DNA of 64,000 nt from an uncultured Actinomycetes bacterium (GTDB taxonomy: Bacteria; Actinomycetota; Thermoleophilia; RBG-16-64-13), in the NCBI GenBank assembly GCA_963806155.1, contig CAWDXC010000009.1, forward strand, positions 120,726 to 184,725, read 5' to 3'. Positions 37,419 to 48,624 of this stretch are shown here, piece after piece (the first letter of the stretch is position 1; every line of letters starts with the position of its first letter). Below the pieces are notes generated by a model. That model searched no databases. It was not told the origin of the DNA and worked only from the letters and a program-made list of their open reading frames with translations. The position numbers were made by a program, and so were the translations under genes.

Positions 37419-37799
37419 TCAGGCTGATGGGGGCTGATGGATGCCGATGCGGTTACCCTCGGTATCCTGGATGAAGGCGATCCAACCGACCATATCCATG
37501 AGCTGCTTCTCCGCCAGGATGCTCCCGCCGGCCTCCACCGCCCGGGCGAGCATGCCGTCGATGTCCCCCATCGATCCGAGGTAGATGGTCGTGCCGTGGG
37601 TCGTGCTCGGTCTCGACTGACCCAGCGCCAGATCCGCGCTTACGTCCATCGGATCGCTTTCACCAGGCGACGACAGGATCGCCACTTCGGTCGTGCCCGG
37701 CATGAACTCGACGGGGCTGCCCAGGAGATGGGCGTAAAAGGCCCGAGCCCGCTCCATGTCCAGGACCGGGATGTCGGCCCACACCACTACGTTTGCCAT
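37419..37799 (-). CDS. VOC/glyoxalase family protein
   Basis: W.DIPV.D.ERA..FY and G....EK......W.A...DTEGN.IG. Confidence 0.92.
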   Translation of the reverse strand: MANVVVWADIPVLDMERARAFYAHLLGSPVEFMPGTTEVAILSSPGESDPMDVSADLALGQSRPSTTHGTTIYLGSMGDIDGMLARAVEAGGSILAEKQLMDMVGWIAFIQDTEGNRIGIHQPPSA

Positions 37800-37990
37800 G
37801 TTCTGCCTCCGATCGTCAGAAGAACGTGCTCCCTAGTTACCCTGTCCAGGCGTGTCCTATGCTCTTTGCGCTGCCCAGGCTGGGCTATTGGGCGCCGGCG
37901 CCTACGGGCGCCCCTTCCCCAGGGCTAGATTTTTGGCAACCGGTAAACTAGTCAGCCTAACGGGCTCACGACTTCAAGAATAGGAGGCGC

Positions 37991-40132
37991 ATGTCGCCCG
38001 GACCGAATCGAGCAACCACCAACGGGAATGTGGACGCAGCCGGGGTCGCCGCCCCGGATGCGGCCGGGGCCGCCACGCCAAACACCGCTCGCCGCGGGCC
38101 TCTGGCCCTACCGGACCCCGCGACAGTAGTGGTCGTAGGCGGTGGTCCGGCCGGCTCGTTCTTTGCCATCCGGCTACTACGGAGGGCCCGCGAACTCGGC
38201 CGGACCGTGAACGTGGTCATCTTCGAGAAGAAGGCCGAGGTCTGTTTCTATGGGCCGGTCGCCTTCTGCTCCTGGGAGGGCTGCAACTACTGCGCGGGCG
38301 GGATATCGCCCAGACTCGCGGACATCCTGCGGCAAGACGATATCGTCTTGCCTGACGAGGTGGTCGAAGGTAGGGCCACCGAAGTCATAGTGCACGGGGA
38401 CTGGAAGAGCATCCAGCTGCCCGTACCTGAAGACCGGGAGATGCTGTCGGTGTTCCGCGGTTCGCGGCCCCGGCAACGCGCCGGGCGCTATGAGAATTTT
38501 GATACCTTCCTCCTGCACACAGCGGCCGACGAGGGGGCGCAGGTGATCACGGCGGAGGTGAAGAGCGCCCGTTACTCGGCCGTAGGCAGGCCTGTGATCG
38601 GTTACCGCACGGTGTCCAAGGCCGACAGCGATCTCCCCGACCAGATGATCGAGGCCGACTTCGCCGTCTTCGCCGCCGGGGTCAACCGATTCCCGGGCAT
38701 GGATCTGGGATCCGATCCCCTCTTCGGACAGCTCCAGGAGATGATCCCGGGACTACAGCCTCCCAAGGTGCGCCAGGCTGTGATCGCAGAGATGCAGGCC
38801 GAGGGCGACCTGCTCCGCCCGCTGGAAGACGAGGTGCACTTCGCCCAGTACGGCTCGAAGGACTTGGATATCGAGATGTCCTCACTGATCCCCAAAGACA
38901 GGTGGATCACGGTCGTCCTGCTCGGCAAGAGTATCGATCGCGCCGAGCCCTCCGAGTACCTGGAGATCGTCCAACGGTTCGTCGAGTTGCCCCACATTCG
39001 CCGCCTGCTCCCCCGGCAGGTCCAGCTCCGACCCGCCTGCAGCTGTCACCCCAACATGACCGTCGGAGCCGCCAAGAACCCCTTCGGTTCACAAACGGCT
39101 CTGGCCGGCGACATGGCCGTATCCCGGCTGTACAAGGACGGCCTGTACTCTGCCTACGTTACCGGGTCGGCGCTCGTCGACTGCATCCTGGAGAAGGGGG
39201 TCGACCGGGCAACGTTGGCGCGCAACTACGGACCGGTGGTGAGGCGATTCAACTCCGACAATCGCTACGGCCGCATGATCTTCCTGCTCAGCCGCTGGGT
39301 CTTCTCGCACCCGGCCCTGAGCAGGGTCCTCTACCAGGCGCTTCTGACGGAACGAAAGACCACCCCGCACGATAGGCGCCGCCTTGCGCAGGTACTCTGG
39401 CGTATCGCCAGTGGGGACGACAGCTACCGTCACATACTAACCGCCATGCTGCATCCCGCCTCGATCTGGCTGATCCTGGACGGGGGCCTGCTCGCCACCA
39501 TCAGGAACCAGTCTACCGAGCGCTTCTTCGGACTGGACTGGACGGGCATCGGCCGCTATCCCACAGGCGTCCCTCTTGAGGATCTGGAGCGCAAGCGCCG
39601 GGAGCTCTTCTCGATTCAGGGGATGGAGCCACCCGTTCAGCCGCCGCAGATGGAACGCATGTACTCGATCCGCATCAGAGCCGGGGAGGACGCCATCTTC
39701 CGACAGCTCGGCGCCTTCGGCGACTCGGACCGCCAGTACTTCACGCCCCGCTTCATCCGCGTCCATCGCACCGGCGGCGTGCCGAACCAGGTAGGGACCA
39801 CCATGCGCTACGACATCGCCCCATTCCGGTCATTGTCGTTCAACGTGGCCCTGGAGAAACAGGTGCCTGGACGCTACCTGCTCTATCGCATCCTCGATGG
39901 ATACGGTCGGGGGGGCATCTTCGCCTTCGACGTCCACCCGATGAAACCGGGCGTGAGTCTTCTCACAATCTACGTGGGTTTCGACTTCCCCAAGGGCAGA
40001 GGTGCGTTCAGTAGACTGGGGCGGTCGATCGCTCGCCGGATCTTCCCTCAGTTCGCACACGACGTCCTGTGGAACCACTCCCTGTGCAAGATCAGGGATC
40101 TCGCGGAGTTGGATAGCGAGGCTTCGGACTAG
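37991..40132 (+). CDS. FAD-dependent oxidoreductase (geranylgeranyl-reductase-like) with a C-terminal SRPBCC-like domain
   Basis: VVVVGGGPAGS Rossmann motif, CNYCAGGIS, GD...SRLYKDG; about 150-aa C-terminal helix-grip-like region (inference). Confidence 0.7.
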   Translation: MSPGPNRATTNGNVDAAGVAAPDAAGAATPNTARRGPLALPDPATVVVVGGGPAGSFFAIRLLRRARELGRTVNVVIFEKKAEVCFYGPVAFCSWEGCNYCAGGISPRLADILRQDDIVLPDEVVEGRATEVIVHGDWKSIQLPVPEDREMLSVFRGSRPRQRAGRYENFDTFLLHTAADEGAQVITAEVKSARYSAVGRPVIGYRTVSKADSDLPDQMIEADFAVFAAGVNRFPGMDLGSDPLFGQLQEMIPGLQPPKVRQAVIAEMQAEGDLLRPLEDEVHFAQYGSKDLDIEMSSLIPKDRWITVVLLGKSIDRAEPSEYLEIVQRFVELPHIRRLLPRQVQLRPACSCHPNMTVGAAKNPFGSQTALAGDMAVSRLYKDGLYSAYVTGSALVDCILEKGVDRATLARNYGPVVRRFNSDNRYGRMIFLLSRWVFSHPALSRVLYQALLTERKTTPHDRRRLAQVLWRIASGDDSYRHILTAMLHPASIWLILDGGLLATIRNQSTERFFGLDWTGIGRYPTGVPLEDLERKRRELFSIQGMEPPVQPPQMERMYSIRIRAGEDAIFRQLGAFGDSDRQYFTPRFIRVHRTGGVPNQVGTTMRYDIAPFRSLSFNVALEKQVPGRYLLYRILDGYGRGGIFAFDVHPMKPGVSLLTIYVGFDFPKGRGAFSRLGRSIARRIFPQFAHDVLWNHSLCKIRDLAELDSEASD

Positions 40133-40301
40133 ACACACCAGGGGAGGCAGTGCGGCCGGGCCCTCCAGGTTCGAGCCAGACGCCGGGGCACGCGGGCCGG
40201 CGACACTCTCGCCCGCTGAGTATCCCTTTCAGGTTCCCGCTCGAGCCGGGACGGTCCACAGCATCGCCAGAGGCTCGAGGTAGCTGGCGTCGCGCCTTCC
40301 C

Positions 40302-41189
40302 CTATCCCACAAGAAGCATGGGCGTCTTCTTGACCTGGTGGATGACGTTCTCGGCCACGCTACCGAAGACCATCCGGCTGAGTCCGGCGCGACCACGCGT
40401 CGCCATGGCTATCAGTAGGGCGGGATTCGCCTTGAGGAACTCTATGATCGTGGTGGCGGGATCGCCGAGAAGCAGCTCGCTGCGGGCCTCGAGGCCGGCT
40501 CCTCGTATGGATTCCGCTACCCCGTCGAGGTAGGCCCTCATCCGTGCCCGGTGCTCCTCCTGCTCTTGCAGAGCCGACCGGGTCAAACGTATGTAGTCGA
40601 CGTCTTCGACGTGGACCAGGACCAGCTCCGACTCCTCCCCTCTCTGCTTGGCGACGGCGATCGCATGAGGGAGTACGGCTTCCGACTGCTTGGAACCGCT
40701 CAACGGGATGACCATGGTCCTCCTGGGCAGAGTGTCCAGGATGACTTCCTCTCGGAGCTGGGACGGGACCAGCCAGATGGGAGCGTTCGAGGCGTGGATG
40801 ACCTTGGTAGCGACACTGCCCAGATCCCAGGACCCGATCCCGGACCTCCCGTGAGTGGACATCATCACAAGATCGATGTCGTGTCCGTCGACATACTTGA
40901 GGATCTCCTCGGCCGGATTCCCCACCACCACGTTGCCCTGGGCGCGAATACAGTCCGCCAGGGTCTCACCGCCGGATCTCGCGCTTATCTCCTGGGCTCT
41001 GGCGCACATCACCTCTGCCATGTGCTCCATGTAGGCTTTGCGCATCGGCAACTGCTCGGCCTCGTGCGGATCGCACACGTGCAGCAGTTCCAGGTCGATG
41101 CGCAACCTCCCGGAAAGCCCCTGAGCGTACTGGAGGACCACCTCGGCCAGCTCCGAGCCATCCAGCAGAACCAGCATTGTCTTATACAC
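40302..41189 (-). CDS. Universal stress protein with tandem USP domains
   Basis: LV.LDGS..AE, G.PAEEI, MMSTHGRSG...GSVA..V and MATRGR.G..GSVAE.V. Confidence 0.93.
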   Translation of the reverse strand: MYKTMLVLLDGSELAEVVLQYAQGLSGRLRIDLELLHVCDPHEAEQLPMRKAYMEHMAEVMCARAQEISARSGGETLADCIRAQGNVVVGNPAEEILKYVDGHDIDLVMMSTHGRSGIGSWDLGSVATKVIHASNAPIWLVPSQLREEVILDTLPRRTMVIPLSGSKQSEAVLPHAIAVAKQRGEESELVLVHVEDVDYIRLTRSALQEQEEHRARMRAYLDGVAESIRGAGLEARSELLLGDPATTIIEFLKANPALLIAMATRGRAGLSRMVFGSVAENVIHQVKKTPMLLVG

Positions 41190-41384
41190 GGCAAGGCCTC
41201 CCGAGAACCCGAGGATCAACCTGCTGCGATCGACGCAGGACCATCTACATCGTACAGCTTTTGCCGTGTCGGCTACAGCCGGCCGATGGGCTATCGTTAG
41301 CGTGTCGGAGCCTGGCCCGTCGCGCGGTCCGGCGCCGGCGGCCAGCCCAACGCCCGCTGGGACTGGGCCGCCCGCCGACATCGT

Positions 41385-43100
41385 CTAGGTCAGTAGTCCC
41401 CCGTCATAGACCAGCCTGCCCCCAACCACGGTGGCCAGGTTGGTGATGGTGTGGATCTCTTCCGCCGGGACCGACAGGATGTCCCGGTCTAGGACGCAGA
41501 AGTCTGCCAGCTTGCCCGGCTCGAGCGAACCCTTGCGCTTCTCCATGTGGTCCTGCCAGGCGCCGCCCATGGTGTACATCCGGATCGCTTCCGGAACAGT
41601 GATCCTCTGCTCGGGCCCGCGGACCGTCCCCGAGGCCCTCGATTTCCGCAGCACTGCCGCCTCCACGCACTGCAGCCAATCCGGGCTGGTGACCGGCGCG
41701 TCCGACGACAGACTCACGTGCACTCCGGCGTCCAGCAGCGTCCGGAGCGGGAACTGCCACTCCGAGCGCTCCACTCCGAGCGCCCGGTCCATGGCATCGG
41801 AAAACACCCATTTGAGGACCGGCTGGGTACAGATGGCGATGTTGTTTTCGGCCACCCGCCGTATGTCCTTCACGGTGATGAGGTCGCAGTGGACCAGGTA
41901 GTGGCGCAGTTCCTGCGAGTCCTGGGCTTGAGCCCGGAGAAATCCGTCGATGCACGCTTCGATCGCCCTGTCCCCGACCGCGTGGATGGCACACTGAAAC
42001 CCGTTCTTATGGGCGTACGCGACCATGTTGGCAAGCTCTTCGCAGCGCTCTTCCTCGGTCGCCCCGGGCATGACCAGGCTGCCGTTGCCTCCGTCGGGGT
42101 AATCCTCGTGCAACCAGGCGGTCTTTGTCTGGGGTACGCCGTCGGCGAACAGCTTGATGCCGCCGATCTTCAGCCACTCGTCTCCGAAGCCGCTGTGGAT
42201 GCCCACCATCGGGATGCTCTTCTTGAAATCCTCGAGGGAGATGGCCCCGTACTCCCCGAAAAGGTAGAGGACGTTGATCCGCACAGACAGCTCGCCCTCG
42301 TTGTGGAGGTCGTTGTAGACGCTGATACACTCGGCATCGAGGAGTCCCCCTTGGAAACCGGTGCCGCCGGGTCCCAGCGCCGCGTCGGTGACGCTGGTGA
42401 TACCACGGGCGTTCAGGTCCTGCATCATGGCCACGATGGCGCTCCGCTTGTCCTGTCTGGTCCAGGGCGGCACTACCCGCATGATGAGGCCTTCGGCCGG
42501 CAGTTCGAGCAGCATGCCGGTGGGTTCACCGGTGAAAGGGTCCTTGACTATCTCCGAGCCGGGCTCGGTCTGCGTGTTCCGGTCGATCCCGGCTATCTCC
42601 AGCGCCCGGCTGTTGGCGACCAGCTCGTGCTGCGTGAAAGACACCAGGTACACGGGGTTGTCCCGGGCGACCTCGTCCAGGTCCCAGCGGGTCAGGTGAC
42701 GGGTCGGATCGGCCAGACATTCCGCCAGGTAGCCCTCGTCCCAACCGGCGCCCCTGATCCACTCCCCCGGCTTGGAGACCGCAGCCCTGGCCTTGACCAC
42801 AGCCTTGATGTCCTCTATCGATCCGACCGTGGGGTGACCGACGTCCAGGGTCAGCGGCGGCCGTATCCCCCCGACGAGAGCGGCATGCATGTGGCAGTCG
42901 TTGATCCCAGGGAGGACCGTCTTCCCGTCGAGATCGACTACCTGAGTGGAGAGACCCGCCAGCGCCCTGATCTCGCTGTCGGAACCGACCGCGAGGATCT
43001 TGTCGCCTTTGATCGCCAGTGCGGCGGCAATCGAGTCCTTCGGATCGACGGTCACCACCTTGCCGTTGAGGTAGACGGAATCTGCTGAACAGACGCTCAT
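41385..43100 (-). CDS. YtcJ-like amidohydrolase (Amidohydro_3)
   Basis: DLDGKTVLPGINDCHMH, IK.FADG, HAVGD, SSDAP and GSLEPGKLADF. Confidence 0.93.
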   Translation of the reverse strand: MSVCSADSVYLNGKVVTVDPKDSIAAALAIKGDKILAVGSDSEIRALAGLSTQVVDLDGKTVLPGINDCHMHAALVGGIRPPLTLDVGHPTVGSIEDIKAVVKARAAVSKPGEWIRGAGWDEGYLAECLADPTRHLTRWDLDEVARDNPVYLVSFTQHELVANSRALEIAGIDRNTQTEPGSEIVKDPFTGEPTGMLLELPAEGLIMRVVPPWTRQDKRSAIVAMMQDLNARGITSVTDAALGPGGTGFQGGLLDAECISVYNDLHNEGELSVRINVLYLFGEYGAISLEDFKKSIPMVGIHSGFGDEWLKIGGIKLFADGVPQTKTAWLHEDYPDGGNGSLVMPGATEEERCEELANMVAYAHKNGFQCAIHAVGDRAIEACIDGFLRAQAQDSQELRHYLVHCDLITVKDIRRVAENNIAICTQPVLKWVFSDAMDRALGVERSEWQFPLRTLLDAGVHVSLSSDAPVTSPDWLQCVEAAVLRKSRASGTVRGPEQRITVPEAIRMYTMGGAWQDHMEKRKGSLEPGKLADFCVLDRDILSVPAEEIHTITNLATVVGGRLVYDGGLLT

Positions 43101-43414
43101 TCTCGAGGTCTCCTTTCTGGGCTGTACTTAGGTGCTAGAGAATCCGCATCCGTCGTTCTTAGGCGAGGTACCCCCCGTCTTCGACGAGGGCCTGTCCCGT
43201 CACGAAGCTCGAGGCGTCAGAGGCCAACCATACCGCGAGACCCTTCATCTCATCCCGCATACCGCACCGCCCGAGCGGGAGCAACCGTGCGGTCGTCTTC
43301 TCCATCCGCCACTTCGTCGGCCGGCGTCAGTGGGGTGGGGTGGCAGCCCGGGCAACGCCCATGCTCCACCCCCCCTCCGCAGATGCCCAGCTCCCTTGCC
43401 GCGCCCATCTGAGG

Positions 43415-44123
43415 CTACACGCCAAGATAGGCTTTGCGGACGTGTTCGCTGTGCAGGAGTTCGTCGGCCGATCCCTGCACGACGATACTGCCGGTCTCGA
43501 GCACGTAGGCCCTCATGGCGAGCTTCAGAGCGAGACGGGAGTTCTGCTCCACGAGCAGAACGGCGGTCCCCGTCTCGTTTATCTCCCGGATGATCTTGGC
43601 GATCTCGGTGACCATCAGCGGCGACAGCCCCATGGACGGCTCATCGAGCAGGAGCACGCGCGGCCGGCACATGACTGGCGGTGGCGATCGCCAGCATCTG
43701 CTGCTCCCCACCGCTCAGCGTGGAGGCCTGCTGCCGGGCACGTTCCCTGAGCCGAGGGAAGTGCCCAAGGATCTCTTCCAGGTCTTTGGCAGTGTCCTTG
43801 CGATCCTTCCTCAGGTAGGCGCCGATCTTGAGGTTCTCGGCGACCGTCATGTAGGGGAACAGACCTCTGTCCTGCGGCACCTGGACGATGCCCATCTTCA
43901 CGATGCTCTGGGGCTTCTGCCCGTCGACCCGGACGCCATCGAACCAGATCTCCCCTCGGGCCGGAGCCTTGAGCCCGGATATCGCCCGCAGGATGGTGGA
44001 CTTGCCCGCGCCATTGCTCCCGATGAGGGTGACGATCTCGCCCGGCTCCAGATGCATGGAGACTCCCTTGACCACCTCCGCGCCTTCGTACCGGACCGCC
44101 AGGTCCTTTATCTCAAGCCACAT
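43415..44123 (-). CDS. livF: LIV-type ABC ATP-binding subunit; frameshift near 43690
   Basis: GSNGAGKST, LSGGEQQMLAI, LLLDEPSMGLSP and VEQN. Confidence 0.9.
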
Positions 44124-44893
44124 CGGAATCAGTCCCCAGATAGGCCTCGATGACCGCGGGGTCGGCCACGCATTCCCGCGGCGTCCCCTCGATCAGCTTC
44201 TGGCCGTAGTTGAGTACGACGCTTCTGGCACAGAGCCCCAGGACGGCGCGCACGTTGTGCTCGACGACGATGATGGTCGTGCCCCTCGAGCTGTTGACGT
44301 TCTTGATGATCCTGATCATCGACGCCGTCTCCTCGGCGTTCATGCCGGTGAGCGGCTCGTCGAGCAGAAGAAGGGTGGGGTCGGACGCGAGTGCGACCGC
44401 CACACACAATTCCCGCTGACTGCCATGGGGCAGGTTGGTGCACAACTCGTGAGTCTTGTCCGTCAGGCCTACGAAACCCAGGAGCTCCATGACAGCGCGC
44501 GACCACTTCCGGCTGTTTCCTCACGTGCTCGGTAGCTCCGCCCGATCACGCCGAAGGGACCGTGCTTCGTCTGCAGGTAAGAGCCGGCAATAACGTTCTC
44601 GAGCACGGTCATGCTCTTGAAGAGGGCGTTCTTCTGGAAGACCCGGGCGATGCCCAGATGGGCCCGGCGATGGGGCGGGTAGCGGGTGATGTTGCGCCCC
44701 CGGAAGGTGATGGTGCCGCCCGAGACCTTCAGGGTCCCGTCGATGAGGTTAAGCAGGGTGCTCTTCCCGGCGCCGTTAGGGCCGATCAGGCCGAGGATCT
44801 CGCCTTCTTCGACCATCAGGTCGACTTTGTTCACGGCTGCCAGACCGCCGAAATGCCGGCTGACAGATCGGTGACTTCGAGCAGTGGCGCCAT
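44113..44893 (-). CDS. livG: LIV-type ABC ATP-binding subunit; frameshifts near 44865 and 44500
   Basis: MAPLLEVTDL..HFGGL.AV, GPNGAGKST, LPHG.QR, LLDEP..G and EAYLG. Confidence 0.88.
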
Positions 44894-44898
44894 CACCG

Positions 44899-45978
44899 TC
44901 ACCGTTCCCCCGGCTCGTCGCCAGACGAGGCGCCGGCTTCATGGGCGCGAGTTCGGCGGCTGCCTGGTCGGGGCCCCGAGTAGCCGACGCCGTCCTCAGC
45001 CGTCTTCCTCGCCTCCAGTCCCGAATCTGTGCCGGGAGGCCGACCAGGCCCATCGGCATGAAGATCATCACCAGGATGGCGATGGCGCCGGTGATCATCG
45101 GCTGGTACTGCTGCATGGAACGCGTATTCTCGGCCAGCAGGGTGAGCACGAACGTGCCGACCAGCGGTCCGATGAAGTAGTCCTTGCCCCCCACCACCAT
45201 GTAGACCAGCAGGTAGATCGACATGGTGACGCCGAACCGCGACGTGGTGTCCGGGCTCAGATTGTGCTGGTAGGACGCGAACAGCGCTCCCGAGAGGCCG
45301 GCCATGAAGGCGGCGATGACGAAGTTCACCATCTTGTAGCCGATGACGTTGATCCCCACCGCGCCGGCCAGAGTGTTGTCGTCCTTGATGGCCCTCCACT
45401 GGAAGTTGATGTACGCCCGCTCGACGTAGTAGAGGATGAGCAAGGCTATCAGAACCACACCGATGGCGATGTAGTAGTAGTTGCCGGGCTTGTTGAAGTC
45501 CACCACTCCGACGAAGGGGACACTCTGCTTTCCCGGACCCGGAACCCCGGTCAGCCCCAGCGAGCCGCCGGTGAGGGAGGTCCAGTAGTAGGCGATCAGG
45601 CGGAAGGTCTCGGCCGTGAGGAGCGTGAGGATAGAGAAGTAGATCCCCCTCACCTTGAGGAAGGGGTAGGCCAGTAGCAGGGCGACGAAGGCCGAGATCA
45701 AGGCGCTCAGGATCAGCGACGGCCAGAACGAGAGACCCCCCTTCATCATCAGCGTGGCTTGGGTGTAGGCCCCTATGATTGCGAAGCCCACCTGCCCGAG
45801 AGAGATCTCGTTGATCAGGGTCACGCTGCGAAGACTGCTCACCATCAGGATGTTGATGGCGAGCAAGGCACAGGACGGTCAGCCAGTATGCGTTGCCCGA
45901 GAGGATTCGAGGCATCAGGAAAACGACGACGACGATCGCGACCCACGGGAGGATCTTGGCCAGTCCCCTCCTAGTCAT
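44899..45978 (-). CDS. livM: LIV-type ABC permease; frameshifts near 45870 and 44990
   Basis: SLGQ.GF..IGAY, G.YF.ILTL..AE, TGG..GL.G.P and F.GPLVG. Confidence 0.88.
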   Translation of the reverse strand: MTRRGLAKILPWVAIVVVVFLMPRILSGNAYWLTVLCLARHQHPDGEQSSQRDPDQRDLSRAGGLRNHRGLHPSHADDEGGSLVLAVADPERLDLGLRRPATGLPLPQGEGDLLLYPHAPHGRDLPPDRLLLDLPHRRLAGADRGSGSGKAECPLRRSGGLQQARQLLLHRHRCGSDSLAHPLLRRAGVHQLPVEGHQGRQHSGRRGGDQRHRLQDGELRHRRLHGRPLGSAVRVLPAQSEPGHHVAVRRHHVDLPAGLHGGGGQGLLHRTAGRHVRAHPAGREYAFHAAVPADDHRRHRHPGDDLHADGPGRPPGTDSGLEARKTAEDGVGYSGPRPGSRRTRAHEAGASSGDEPGER

Positions 45979-46838
45979 GGCCGAGAAGCCCCTTGGGCCG
46001 GAAGAGCAGGACCAGGATGACGATGACCAGCGGAGCCACCGCCGCCGCCGCCGGGCCGAAGAACACAGGGACGATGCCGTCAATGAGACCCAGGATCAAA
46101 CCTCCGATCACCGCTCCCGGGACGCTGCCCAGGCCGCCCAGCACGATGATCACGAGGCCCTTGATCATGGGAAGTCCACCCATGTAGGGCTGCAACTGCA
46201 GGATGGAACCGGCCAAGGCCCCGGCAAGTGCCGCCAGCGCACAGCCGATGGCCATGGCGGACATCGACATCCTGTTGGGATTGATGCCCTTGAGGAAGGA
46301 GCCCTTCACGGTTCTGCGCGCTCGCGACCATCGCCAATCCCAGGCGGGTCCGTTTCAGGAACGCGTACAGCAGAACCAGTGCGAGCACCGAGAAGCCGAT
46401 GGCCAGGATGCGGTCTTTGGGGATCGCGGCCCCGAACAGGTTGAACGATCCTGAGATGAGATAGGGGAGGCTCTTCGTGTAGAGCCCGAACCCCACGACG
46501 ACCGCACTGGCCAGTATCAGGGTCAGGCCGGTGGATATGACTATGGAGCTGAGCACGGGGTCACGGCCCGGTCGGGCTCGGAACAGCCCCCGCTCCAAAA
46601 GGGTCCCGAAGACGGCCATCAGCACCATGGCCACGGCGATCGCCGGATAGAGACCGAATCCCCGTCCCACGAAATAGTAGGTGGCAAAGGCCCCGAGCAT
46701 GTATATCTCGCCGTGGGCGAGCTGGAGGATGCCCATGATGCTCAAGATCAACGTGAGGCCCAGGGCCATCAAGACGTAGAGCCAGCCGAGGGCTATACCG
46801 TTGACTATTGCCTGCAACCAGAGATCTGGGGAGTTCAA
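45971..46838 (-). CDS. livH: LIV-type ABC permease; frameshift near 46305
   Basis: LMALGLTL..SI.GI..LAHGE, RT.LGLA..A.AQN and LGGLGS..GA.IGG. Confidence 0.9.
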
Positions 46839-46983
46839 CTTGGCTCCTTGGCAGAATCGAGGGAAGGCCGGTCGTCCAGCCGCCGGCGCGGTCGGTGACC
46901 GCCCGGGCTTTCTTGGACCGGCCTCCCTCTACTCTAGCGCTCTCTACTAACCCTTGGCGGGAGTATGCAATACGCCGGGCCTA

Positions 46984-48297
46984 CTACTCACCGGACGGGA
47001 AGAATCCGACGAACTCGGCCACGCCGTTCATAAGGCGGGTGAGCGGGATAGGCCTGTAGAGGACCCTGTTGACGCCGAACCGGTCCAGACCGCCGATGTA
47101 CCCGGGGCCCTCCAGAGTCTGGACGTCGCCGGAGTTGGTCATGCCTTCCATGGTCTTCACGACCGTGGCCGCATCAAGCGTTCCCGCCTTCTGCATGACC
47201 TGGGTCATCACCCAGGGTATGTCGTAGGCGAGCACAGAATCGGAGATGAAGTTGTCGTTAGGACACTTGGCCTTCCAGGCGTCCATCAGCTTCTGGATCT
47301 CTGGGGTGGGGTGGGTGACGTCCGGGCCATTGGCTATGACGTCGGTGAGCATGGTGGGGTCTTTGACGGTCGCGACGAAGACGTCCGCGCCCAGCGGCGA
47401 GTTCGACACGAAGGGGCCCTTGAAGCCCACCTGGCGCGCTGCCTTCAGCTGGTCGTTCGCCTGTCCGCTGACCATGGCCCAGATGACATCAGGCTTCGCC
47501 CCGTTGAGCTTGGTCATCACGGGAACGAAGTCGGTGGTGCCCCAGGTCCACTTCTCCGTCGCCACTATCTGCATCCCGGCCGCGGTCGCCTGCTGCGTAA
47601 GCGAGGAGATCATGGGATCGTAGCCGATGTCCGGAGCCGAGATTGCGATGGTCTTGGCGTTAGGATAGGTCTGTTTGAGGTAGTTGAGGTCGATAGGCTG
47701 GGTGTCGTCGTGGTTGATGAACGGACGGACCTGAAGCGGTTTGTCGGACCCGACGTCCTGAGGCGCGCCCGGGATGTTCGCGTTCGCCTGGGCATACAGG
47801 ACCCCGGCGGCTTCCGTCACCTGGTTGATGGCGGCCATTTCGCTCTCGAGTATGGCGCCAAGGACATAGTCCACTTTGTCCTGGCTCACCAGCTTGGTCG
47901 CCGCGGTGCTGGCACCTTCCGCGGACCCTTTGCTGTCCTCCTGGATGAGCTGAATCTTGTAGGTATCGTTGCCGATCTTGACTCCGCCCGCGTTGTTCAC
48001 ATCGTCGGCATAGAGCTCCCAGCCGCGAGTGAACGCAAGGGCCACTACAGAGAGAGGACCCGTCTGAGGCATGATGGTGCCGATCTTGAGGGTCTTGACC
48101 TCTCCGGATGGAGCGGCCGTCGTAGAGGAGCCCGTGTCGGGCGGGGCGGTGGTGGTCGTGGCCTCGCCTGCCGTCGTGGTCGGGGCTGCCGTCGTGGTCG
48201 TCTCCTCATCGCCTCCGCAGGCGGCTACGCTGAACGACAACGCCACAACCAACGCCACGACGCACAATAGTACGAGAGTTCTCTTGCTTGGCATCAT
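46984..48297 (-). CDS. LIV-type ABC substrate-binding lipoprotein
   Basis: Lipobox VAAC, Thr-rich linker, IG...P.TGP.S and EDSK...A...A.KL..D.V. Confidence 0.92.
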   Translation of the reverse strand: MMPSKRTLVLLCVVALVVALSFSVAACGGDEETTTTAAPTTTAGEATTTTAPPDTGSSTTAAPSGEVKTLKIGTIMPQTGPLSVVALAFTRGWELYADDVNNAGGVKIGNDTYKIQLIQEDSKGSAEGASTAATKLVSQDKVDYVLGAILESEMAAINQVTEAAGVLYAQANANIPGAPQDVGSDKPLQVRPFINHDDTQPIDLNYLKQTYPNAKTIAISAPDIGYDPMISSLTQQATAAGMQIVATEKWTWGTTDFVPVMTKLNGAKPDVIWAMVSGQANDQLKAARQVGFKGPFVSNSPLGADVFVATVKDPTMLTDVIANGPDVTHPTPEIQKLMDAWKAKCPNDNFISDSVLAYDIPWVMTQVMQKAGTLDAATVVKTMEGMTNSGDVQTLEGPGYIGGLDRFGVNRVLYRPIPLTRLMNGVAEFVGFFPSGE

Positions 48298-48624
48298 GCT
48301 TCCCCCCTGTGATTCCATGCTGTGCAGAACATGCTTTCCCAGCGAAACCCGTTGCCTCTTCCTCGGTTCACCTCCTTGAGCCAGACAGGTACGACACTTT
48401 CAGTGCTTCTACCCAGAATCGGTAGGTACCTCACCATCCATAATATTCATCGCGCTAGTGACGCCGGTGATCCCGTGCAGGAGCACAGACCGCCTCTTAG
48501 GCGCCTCGAATACCCTCGACTCGCATTTCAGCACAAGCACGAGTCCTCGAAAAGTATCCGAAAGTATGATTGTGCTCCCTCCCGCCCTGGGCGGCAGAAG
48601 CGGCCACCGTTGATAGAGCGCCTG

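Noticed and set aside
44469-45866. Apparent LivM-LivG fusion protein
   Set aside because: An out-of-frame MAPLLEVTDL start at 44893 and a stop at 44899 in another frame indicate separate genes joined by indels.
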